Positions 25,879-33,544 of a stretch of DNA of 64,000 nucleotides are shown here, piece after piece (position 1 is the stretch's first letter; the number at the start of each line of letters is the position of its first letter). The stretch lies in the NCBI GenBank assembly GCA_030590945.1, contig JAUVBY010000001.1, positions 167 to 64,166 of the forward strand, in the 5' to 3' direction. The position numbers were made by a program, and so were the translations under genes. The notes beneath the pieces were generated by a model. The model was not told where the DNA came from, made no database searches, and was given only the letters and a program-made list of their open reading frames with translations. The stretch comes from Gammaproteobacteria bacterium (lineage in GTDB: Bacteria > Pseudomonadota > Gammaproteobacteria > Arenicellales > Poriferihabitantaceae).

Positions 25879-27228
25879 ATGAAAACAGGTATTCTTGCGC
25901 CACTTATATGCTTTGTCGTATCGCTCACTGCATACGCCCAGGTGCAGCCGCTCTCAGAAGAGGGTAAGTTGCTATTGGAATCAGCCAATAAGGAAATTCA
26001 GAATATTGATACAGAACAACTGCAGCAGCAAATTTTAGATCAGCCCGATACCGTGCTTATTGATGTGCGTACTGCGGAAGAGATCAAACAGGTAGGGACG
26101 ATTGGTTTATATCAGAACATAAACATTCCACGTGGCTGGATTGAGTTTCGTATCGCCGATTCCGCCCGGGCTAAAGACAGGCCAATTGTGGTTTATTGCG
26201 GTATCAATGCGCGCAGTCCCATGGCTGCGAAAACCTTGATGGAGATGGGTTACAGCGACGTCAAAAATTACGCGTCCGGTTATTTTGAATGGAAAAGCCA
26301 GGGTCTTGATGTCAATCTGAGCGATATGGATACCAGTTCGATACTCTATCGCCGGCCCGAAGAAGTAATTGAGGGTGTGTATTCGGCTATTGGCGCTACC
26401 CAGCCGGCAACCTATGAAAACTCGGGGCACAATAACAATCTGTCGTTTGTTATTGCCGAAGATGCGGTGGTGGTATTCAATGCCGGGGGCAGCTACCTGC
26501 TGGCTGAATCCATGCACGAAGAAATCAAAAAGCTAACCTCATTGCCGGTCAAATATGTGGTGCTGGAGAACGCCCAGGGTCATGCCATATTGGGCGCAAA
26601 TTACTGGAAAGCGCAGGGCGCAGAAATCATTGCACATGAGCATACGGCCGAAATCATCGCCGAAGAATTGAGCGCGGTGGTTGTCGTGGAAGGTGAACCC
26701 GGGATTTATGAGCGCGCCGCAATGGTCTTGAACGACAAGCTTTTTAAGTCTCAAATCATCATGCCGGATCGCACCTTTAAAGACAAATTGAGCCTGTCGC
26801 TTAAGGGACGCACCATTGAATTGCTGCACCTTGGTCCTTCCCATAGCCCGGATGATATTCAACTCTGGCTGCCGGAAGATGGCCTGTTGATTTCAGGTGA
26901 TTTCACCTTTAACGAGCGCCTGTTACCCATACTGGATCATACCGATATCCGCGGCTGGATAGAAAGCTGGGACAAACTCGATGAACTCAATCCAAAAATC
27001 ATTATCCCCGGGCACGGAGGCGTCACGGACCTCGAAACCGTCCGGTATTTCACCAAAGACTACCTGGTCTATATGCTCGATCAGATCGTAACACTGGTAG
27101 ACGAAGGCGGTGATTTATTTGACGCTTACGAAATTGATCAATCGGCCTTTCGTCAATGGAAAACGTTTCGAGAGCTGTCGATACAAAATACGGACCGATT
27201 GTTCAGACAGCTTGAGTTTGAGTTTTGA
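25879..27228 (+). CDS. Periplasmic rhodanese-domain / MBL-fold fusion protein
   Basis: 449 aa with a signal peptide (..LTAYA|QV). The rhodanese module has the active-site loop VVYCGINARS. The C-terminal MBL-like fold carries a variant metal motif (LGPSHSPDD ... PGHGG). Confidence 0.65.
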   Translation: MKTGILAPLICFVVSLTAYAQVQPLSEEGKLLLESANKEIQNIDTEQLQQQILDQPDTVLIDVRTAEEIKQVGTIGLYQNINIPRGWIEFRIADSARAKDRPIVVYCGINARSPMAAKTLMEMGYSDVKNYASGYFEWKSQGLDVNLSDMDTSSILYRRPEEVIEGVYSAIGATQPATYENSGHNNNLSFVIAEDAVVVFNAGGSYLLAESMHEEIKKLTSLPVKYVVLENAQGHAILGANYWKAQGAEIIAHEHTAEIIAEELSAVVVVEGEPGIYERAAMVLNDKLFKSQIIMPDRTFKDKLSLSLKGRTIELLHLGPSHSPDDIQLWLPEDGLLISGDFTFNERLLPILDHTDIRGWIESWDKLDELNPKIIIPGHGGVTDLETVRYFTKDYLVYMLDQIVTLVDEGGDLFDAYEIDQSAFRQWKTFRELSIQNTDRLFRQLEFEF

Positions 27229-27314
27229 TCTGGTCGGTTTGTTTGATTTCAGAGCACTCGTATTTAGCGATATATTGCAGTTAATCTGGTGGTTCCTGAT
27301 GGCTTATTGTTCGC

Positions 27315-29177
27315 TTAGGCTGATGCCCGGGCGGGTACTGCAGCGTTAAAGTTCGCTTTGTCTGCGATTAACTTATGTACCGCCTCGACTGCCAGTGGTG
27401 CATTCTCGCCGTATCCATCTGCTTTAATGACCTCTGCAAATTCTTCGGTAACCGGTGCTCCCCCAACAATCACAGGAAACTTCGAACCCACTTTCTTAAA
27501 CAGGTCAACCGTCTTTTGCATCGATGGCATCGAAGTAGTCAGCAAGGCAGAAAGTCCCACTACATCCGGGTTGATCTCGTTGGCACGCTCCAGGATTTCT
27601 TCCGGTTTTTTATTGACGCCCAGATCGATAACTTCGTAACCTGCACCTTCGAGCATCATGCCCACCAGGTTTTTTCCGATGTCGTGGACATCGCCCTGAA
27701 CCGTAGCAAGCATGATAGTGCCTTTTACCGGTTCTCCGGTTTCGGTCAAAATCGGGCGAACCACTTCCAACCCTGCTTTCATTGCGCGTGCGGACATCAG
27801 CATTTCAGGCACAAAGATCGTGCCATCGGCAAAATCATCGCCTATTTCATCCATGGCAGCGATCAAGGCATCGTTGAGGATGGTATGAACGTTAATGTCT
27901 TTTTCGAGGGCTTCTTTGACCAATGCCTCTGTATCGACATCATCTGCGTCCATGACGGCGTCGAAGATATCATCCAGCATTAACTCTTCCGGAGTGTCCG
28001 GGCTGTCGCTGACCGTTACGGGCTTAGCGGCCTTGGTCTTGGTGGCTTTTTTGCCGGTTTCTCCGCGAGCCTCGGGGGTGCCAGCGTTTGGTTGGCCCGC
28101 CCAGGGGCGATCACCGGCCCGAAAATTCTTGCAGGCCTCGATGGCAATGCGCACGTTTTGTGCGGGTGTAACGGCTGAAAGTGAACATAGGTAAAGTGCT
28201 CCTTTGCCGACCGTTTCAATCGCTTCCATGTATTCATGAATACGCATGCGAATTTCTTTTTCTGTCCCGTTTTGAAAAACATTATTGTCGACCCCCAGGA
28301 CGATCGGTATATTGTGTTCCCTGCCGTAGTCGATAACGGGCTGTACTCCCAGTTTATAAAGATCAGGATCTTGCACCTTAAGATAGTCTGGCGTTGCGCG
28401 GCGTTTCTGCGCCCAGAATTCTGGTAGATCAGGCGCATAGGAATCCCCCCACCAATTGTCACAAAAGGCCGGTCGTGTCACTTGCTTTTGCAATCGCTCG
28501 AGGGGTTGCAAGGCAAATTCCTCGAGCATGCCCTGAGTGATGAATGGTAGGGAAGCGACGGCATCAGAGCCTTCGACCGCAACAATATCCGGAAACTCTT
28601 TGATCAATGCATTCATGTAAGGTGCGATGACCTCGTCAACCAGAAAATTCATCAGCTTATGTACGAAACCGGGGTTTTGTTTGATTTGCACAATGAGGTT
28701 TTCAAAGGTCATGACGTGCGAAGCCAGCGTGAAAGGCGCGCAGAAACAGGGGGCTGGTATCATGCCGGCCTGGGCTTTCATTTCGTGCATGATCTCAAAC
28801 ACCATTGGCATGCGCCCTGAGGAATATGGGTCGGGTGCTTTTAATGTCGCGATGTCGGCTTCACAGGCGACTAGAGGTGAAACATTTTCAATGGCAGGCG
28901 CCATGTCTTCGAAGGTGACAAAGCTACAGCCCAGGGCCTGTGCTTCAACATTGTATACGTCCCAGACAAATGAAGGGCTATCAAAATCGAAGCGCTCACA
29001 TACCTCAAGCGTACCGCGTACGAATTTTTTCGCGTCGGTATAAAACTGGTCCCCCGGAATGCCGCTTTCGCGCATTGCGAATTCGTGCATTTGAGCAATG
29101 AACGGAACCTCTGTCGTGCCGCTGGTCATGGCGTCACCTAAGAGTTTGATGTTTTTAGAGAAATCGAATTTTGCCAC
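27315..29177 (-). CDS. Fusion of a URO-D-like (MtaA/CmuA-family) methyltransferase domain and a cobalamin-binding (corrinoid) domain
   Basis: 620 aa. About 370 aa at the N-terminus form a URO-D-like fold, followed by a Lys/Thr/Ala/Pro-rich linker and a B12-binding cap. A Rossmann-like B12 domain follows, with DxHxxG (GDVHDIGKN), SxL (GLSALLTT) and GG (VIVGGAPV). Confidence 0.8.
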   Translation of the reverse strand: MAKFDFSKNIKLLGDAMTSGTTEVPFIAQMHEFAMRESGIPGDQFYTDAKKFVRGTLEVCERFDFDSPSFVWDVYNVEAQALGCSFVTFEDMAPAIENVSPLVACEADIATLKAPDPYSSGRMPMVFEIMHEMKAQAGMIPAPCFCAPFTLASHVMTFENLIVQIKQNPGFVHKLMNFLVDEVIAPYMNALIKEFPDIVAVEGSDAVASLPFITQGMLEEFALQPLERLQKQVTRPAFCDNWWGDSYAPDLPEFWAQKRRATPDYLKVQDPDLYKLGVQPVIDYGREHNIPIVLGVDNNVFQNGTEKEIRMRIHEYMEAIETVGKGALYLCSLSAVTPAQNVRIAIEACKNFRAGDRPWAGQPNAGTPEARGETGKKATKTKAAKPVTVSDSPDTPEELMLDDIFDAVMDADDVDTEALVKEALEKDINVHTILNDALIAAMDEIGDDFADGTIFVPEMLMSARAMKAGLEVVRPILTETGEPVKGTIMLATVQGDVHDIGKNLVGMMLEGAGYEVIDLGVNKKPEEILERANEINPDVVGLSALLTTSMPSMQKTVDLFKKVGSKFPVIVGGAPVTEEFAEVIKADGYGENAPLAVEAVHKLIADKANFNAAVPARASA

Positions 29178-29281
29178 GTCTAGAAAACCCCCGCCTAAAG
29201 TTGAATGGATTCAAGCGAGCCTGATTCCGTTGAAAAATTACGTTTAGAAATCAAATGTAATGATATGATTGGATCATAGAA

Positions 29282-29313
29282 ATACCCATTTATTCGAAAA
29301 TGGTATACCCAAT
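29282..29313. promoter_or_regulatory. Direct repeat ATACCCA(T/A)T x2, a candidate MocR operator
   Basis: ATACCCAT at 29282-29289 and ATACCCAAT at 29305-29313 are spaced 23 bp start to start. They lie in the 159-bp divergent spacer between the corrinoid-fusion gene and the MocR gene. Confidence 0.3.
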
Positions 29314-29336
29314 TGACAATCTGAGGGGGTGAGAGC

Positions 29337-30839
29337 GTGGTAAAGAAAACGGGTGGTGCGTTATTTTCGACGCTTAACATTAATGTATCAAGCGACACGC
29401 CATTGTACAGGCAGCTGGAGACGAAACTTCGCCGGCTCATTCTGGATGGTGAGCTGGTCGCAAAAACAAGGATGCCAGCGACTCGCCAATTGGCAGCGGA
29501 TCTGGGCATATCACGCCTGACGGTTAAAAACGTTTACGAGCAGTTGATTGCCGAAGGATTTTTGTGCGCAAAACAGGGGTCGGGAACTTACGTTGAACCA
29601 GTGCAGAGTAGTGAATTGCACTCCGGGGTTGTCGCCAGGAAACAGCGCAAAGTTTCGCCAATCGCTGCTTTATCACCTCGCACGGTATCGATAGGAGCGT
29701 CTAAAGCGACTACACGGCTTGACCGGGTGCGTGCATTTCGCCCCGGCATTCCGGCCCTGGATCTGTTTCCTCGTCGCGCCTGGCTGGATGCCTGCTCACG
29801 AGTGTTGCGGACCAGCAGCGATGATTTTCTGGGTTACGGCCCCTCCAGTGGGCTTGAAGATTTGAAGCAGGCGATTGCAGAACATGTGCTCGATCACCGC
29901 GGCATTAAATGCTCGAGCAAACAGATTATTATTACTTCAGGCGCGCAACAGGCTTTTTCATTAATTGCGATAACGCTATTGGAGGCCGAAGATGTCGTCT
30001 GGATGGAAGACCCGGGGCATATTGCTATACGCGATTCGATGCGTTTGCTGGGGATCAACGTTCGATCTGTGCCGATTGATGATGAAGGCTTTTCTATTGA
30101 TGATGCTATCAGGCATCATCCGCCAGGCAGTGCATTGTTTACCACGCCATCTCACCAGCATCCCCTGGGTGTGGTGATGAGTTTACAGCGCCGCCTCAGC
30201 CTGCTTGATTACGCCAGCCAAACTGGAAGCTGGATCGTGGAAGATGATTATGACAGTGAGTTTCACTACACCGACAGAGCCTTGCCTGCCCTGCAGGCGC
30301 TGGATAATGACGGCCGTGTATTGTATGTCGGCAGTTTTTCTAAATCCCTGTTTCCAGCCCTGCGCCTGGGGTACCTGATTTGCCCGCTCGGGCTTGCTCA
30401 GTCTTTTGCAGCGGCTCAGACTTTATTGTCGCAGAACGTGTCTTTGCTTCAGCAAAAGGCGCTGGCCAATTTTATGCTCGATGGTAATTTTAATGCGCAC
30501 ATTCGCAAGATGCGAGTGGCCTACCGCCGGCGAAGAGACAAACTAATCCTGACCCTTGAACAGCATGCATCGGATCTGTTTGAGCAGGAACCCTGCCATG
30601 CAGGAATGCACCTGGTCGCCTGGATAAAAGCATCAGGGGTATCCGATAGTGAAGTGGCTGAATGTGTCTGGGCCACAGGCGTCGATTGCCTGCCGCTGTC
30701 TATATTTTGCGACACGCAACGGTTGCGGCCAGGATTAATACTCGGATTTGCCTGTGCGGTAGATGAGAAAATTGAACCTTATGTGATTCGTCTGGCAGAA
30801 GCGGTTCGGCACTTTCTGACTGATCAGGCCGTTAGCTGA
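29337..30839 (+). CDS. MocR-subfamily GntR regulator (wHTH + PLP-aminotransferase-like domain)
   Basis: 500 aa with a GTG start. The N-terminal wHTH reads PLYRQLETKLRRLILDGELVAKTRMPATRQLAADLGISRLTVKNVYEQLIAEGFL. A fold-type-I aminotransferase-like domain follows (SFSKSLFPALRLGY). Confidence 0.85.
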   Translation: MVKKTGGALFSTLNINVSSDTPLYRQLETKLRRLILDGELVAKTRMPATRQLAADLGISRLTVKNVYEQLIAEGFLCAKQGSGTYVEPVQSSELHSGVVARKQRKVSPIAALSPRTVSIGASKATTRLDRVRAFRPGIPALDLFPRRAWLDACSRVLRTSSDDFLGYGPSSGLEDLKQAIAEHVLDHRGIKCSSKQIIITSGAQQAFSLIAITLLEAEDVVWMEDPGHIAIRDSMRLLGINVRSVPIDDEGFSIDDAIRHHPPGSALFTTPSHQHPLGVVMSLQRRLSLLDYASQTGSWIVEDDYDSEFHYTDRALPALQALDNDGRVLYVGSFSKSLFPALRLGYLICPLGLAQSFAAAQTLLSQNVSLLQQKALANFMLDGNFNAHIRKMRVAYRRRRDKLILTLEQHASDLFEQEPCHAGMHLVAWIKASGVSDSEVAECVWATGVDCLPLSIFCDTQRLRPGLILGFACAVDEKIEPYVIRLAEAVRHFLTDQAVS

Positions 30840-30865
30840 TCAGCGCTATCGGTGTTTAACCTGAA

Positions 30866-31096
30866 TTCCTCAGTTGGACAGGGTATAGGGCGCTTGTGTG
30901 GTGGCGTATGGCAAGGCGTACCTGCGCGGAATGGTCATTCCCTTTCAAGCAGTTACAACGCGGCCATACGCCACCACAGGAGTGCAATATACTCTGTAGC
31001 GCCTTAAACCCATAGAGTGAAAAGGATGAAATACAATTCCCTAATGAATTCATGTGCTTATTCATATCTCGTAGCGGTCAACTGAGGATTTTAGGT
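30866..31096 (+). repeat. Copy A of a roughly 230-bp structured repeat (unclassified; ncRNA or non-autonomous mobile element)
   Basis: It is about 90% identical to 57431..57660 over the first roughly 150 nt and over the last roughly 25 nt. Its termini are complementary (CCTCAGTTG / CAACTGAGG). It carries a perfect 16-bp long-range helix (30897-30912 with 30963-30978) and nested hairpins. The strand shown is arbitrary. Confidence 0.7.
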
Positions 31097-33544
31097 TTAA
31101 GCATCGGTTCTTGAGCGAATCGATTCCGGGTCCCAGACCGGGTTGTTTATTACCAGGGCGCGGTATTGTTTGCCCAGTAACTCGACGAATAATTGCGTTC
31201 CGGCTTGCGCATATTTTGCTGCGACATACGCAAAACCGAGGCTTTTTCGGGTGGTATGGCCATAACCACCTGAGGTTGTGACGCCCACGGGGTTTCCATC
31301 GGCAAACACCGGTTCACCCCCGGCGATATCGCAGTCACTGGAATCCACTTCCAGGTAAACTATTTGTTCAGCAATACTATTTTCGAGCACGTTTAACGTA
31401 GCCTCTTTACCAGTAAAGTGATCTTTTTTATCTGCAAAAAATCGCATCAGGTCAGCTTCCACCATGGTGATTTCGTTGGTTAGTTCACTGCCCCAGCCTT
31501 TGTAGGCTTTCTCCATGCGCATCGAGTTGACCGCGTAGGTACCAAAGTTGGTGATATTAAACTCCTGTCCGGCAGCCCACAGCGCATCGTAAACATGCAG
31601 CAGATCCGCCATTGGTACGTGTAGTTCCCAACCCAGTTCTCCGACATAATTGACCCGCAGGGCGCGTACCTGGCAGCCTGCTACGGTTATTTCCTTGCCC
31701 GTCAGCCAACGAAAATTCAGGTTATCCAGCCCGGCACCCGTCAATTTACTGAGTACATTGCGTGAGTGTGGTCCCGCCAGTACCAGCACACCATAATCGT
31801 CGCTTACATTTTTAAGCTGTACGTCTTCACCATCCAGAATGCCTTGTTTAAGTGTATCGAAATCCCGGTCTTCAGCGACTGCGCCGGACAGGACGTAATA
31901 TTGTTCTTCATTTAAGCGAGTGATGGTCGATTCGCCGCTGATACGGCCGGTTGGAGATAGATAGTGTGTCAAACAGATCCCACCATTGCGCGACGATATA
32001 GTGTTAGCGCTTATCCGGTTGAGCAGCGACCGCGCATCTTTGCCGGCCACATCATACTTGGCAAAGCTAGACAGATCCAGCAGGCCAACTCGCTCCCGCA
32101 CCGCCTTACATTCATCGCCTATGACGTCAAAGATGTTGTTGTGCCGAAAGCCTGCCTGTTCCTGCCTGCCATCAGGGGAAAACCATTTAGGCCGCTCCCA
32201 GCCATTGGCCTCAGTGTAGACGCATCCCTGTTCCAACAGGCGATCATATAGAGGTGTGATTCTTGCCTTACGTGCGGCAGGGCGTTCCTCGCCGGGCAGA
32301 TGTAAGGCATACATGTGTTCGTAGTCCTGATGTGATCTGCTTTTGGTAAAGCAGCCGGGTGCAAATCGGCCAAAGCGTCGCGGGTCGACCCCCGCCATGT
32401 TGATTTCGGCATCACCGTAAATCATCCATTGCGCGAGATACTTACCGGAGCCCGCGCCCGCCGCAATGCCAATCGAAGCACCATTGCAATGCCAGAAATT
32501 GCGTAATCCGGCAGCCGGACCCAGACAGGGGTTCCCGTCTGGCGTATGTGGAATGGCACCGCAGACCACGCGTTTGATGCTCAGATCTTCCCACATGGGT
32601 ATGCGTTGCATGACGCGTTCGATAAAGGGCAGTAGATTATCGAAATCAGGGTTGAACAGTTCGTTTTCAGATTTCCACTCCGGCCAGCCATCCCGGTGAG
32701 TCCAGCATTCTTCTGAGTTGGCGGTTTCGTATATCCCGATCAGGGCAGATTTTTGTTCCTGACGATAATACGCGGAGGGGTAGGGATCTCGCATGACCGG
32801 CATTTCTTCATCGCATTCCAGAAATTCGGGCACAGATTCTGTGACGACGTAAGTATGTTTCATATTGGTGATGGGGGAATCCGTACCCACCATCTGGCTG
32901 ACCTGTCGAGCGTAGCATCCCGCGGCATTCACCACCATCTCGCAATGAATATTTCCCTCTTCTGTAACGATCTCCCAGTCACCGGATTTTTTCTGATTGA
33001 TATCAATGACCCGGTTTCCGGTAATGATTTTGGCACCTAAGTTCCTTGCTCCTATAGCCATCGCCTGGGTAATACCCGCTGGATCAACGTGCCCGTCATT
33101 GATCGTCCAGGCACCCGCAATCACCCCGTCGGTATTTACATGCGGGTTAAGCTGGCGTATTTTGGCCGGGTCAATGATCTCGCAGTCAAACCCAATCAGT
33201 TTGCCCACACTGGCAACGCGGTGAAACCAGTCTACTTCGGATTGCTTAAGCGCAAAACGGATACCCCCGCAGCCATGCCAGCTGACATACTGACCGGTTA
33301 GTTCCTCGAGTTTGGGGTATAGTTGGATGCCGTGGTCGTGTATCTTCGCCATATTGTAATCAGCGATAAAACTGGGGCATTGCCCGGCCGCATGCCAGGT
33401 TGAGCCCGATGTGAGTTCACCTTTTTCGATCAACAGAATATCTGTCCAGCCCTCCAGTGCGAGATGGTATAACAGGCTAACGCCCATGACGCCACCGCCT
33501 ACGATGACTACTTTGGCCTGCGAAGGGAGGGCAGTATCACTCAT
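31097..33544 (-). CDS. FAD-dependent oxidoreductase + GcvT-like domain (dimethylglycine dehydrogenase-like), second paralogue
   Basis: 815 aa with VIVGGGVMGVSLLYHLA, STWHAAG, and a C-terminal aminomethyltransferase-like domain (YVGELGWELHVP). Its ATG overlaps the MttB-like gene stop (ATGA). Confidence 0.85.
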   Translation of the reverse strand: MSDTALPSQAKVVIVGGGVMGVSLLYHLALEGWTDILLIEKGELTSGSTWHAAGQCPSFIADYNMAKIHDHGIQLYPKLEELTGQYVSWHGCGGIRFALKQSEVDWFHRVASVGKLIGFDCEIIDPAKIRQLNPHVNTDGVIAGAWTINDGHVDPAGITQAMAIGARNLGAKIITGNRVIDINQKKSGDWEIVTEEGNIHCEMVVNAAGCYARQVSQMVGTDSPITNMKHTYVVTESVPEFLECDEEMPVMRDPYPSAYYRQEQKSALIGIYETANSEECWTHRDGWPEWKSENELFNPDFDNLLPFIERVMQRIPMWEDLSIKRVVCGAIPHTPDGNPCLGPAAGLRNFWHCNGASIGIAAGAGSGKYLAQWMIYGDAEINMAGVDPRRFGRFAPGCFTKSRSHQDYEHMYALHLPGEERPAARKARITPLYDRLLEQGCVYTEANGWERPKWFSPDGRQEQAGFRHNNIFDVIGDECKAVRERVGLLDLSSFAKYDVAGKDARSLLNRISANTISSRNGGICLTHYLSPTGRISGESTITRLNEEQYYVLSGAVAEDRDFDTLKQGILDGEDVQLKNVSDDYGVLVLAGPHSRNVLSKLTGAGLDNLNFRWLTGKEITVAGCQVRALRVNYVGELGWELHVPMADLLHVYDALWAAGQEFNITNFGTYAVNSMRMEKAYKGWGSELTNEITMVEADLMRFFADKKDHFTGKEATLNVLENSIAEQIVYLEVDSSDCDIAGGEPVFADGNPVGVTTSGGYGHTTRKSLGFAYVAAKYAQAGTQLFVELLGKQYRALVINNPVWDPESIRSRTDA

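Noticed and set aside
29195-29509. 104-aa minus-strand ORF overlapping the MocR gene start and the divergent spacer.
   Set aside because: It overlaps the well-supported MocR N-terminal wHTH on the opposite strand and has no motif or RBS.
30856-31065. Minus-strand ORFs over the structured repeat (69 aa at 30856-31065, and the N-terminal part of 57127-57630) that give similar peptides (MNKHMNSL.. / MDKHMNQL..).
   Set aside because: The similarity follows simply from the DNA repeat. Most nucleotide differences between the copies are non-synonymous. The copy-B frame only stays open by running into antisense hypF. There is no RBS, so a structural RNA/DNA interpretation fits better.
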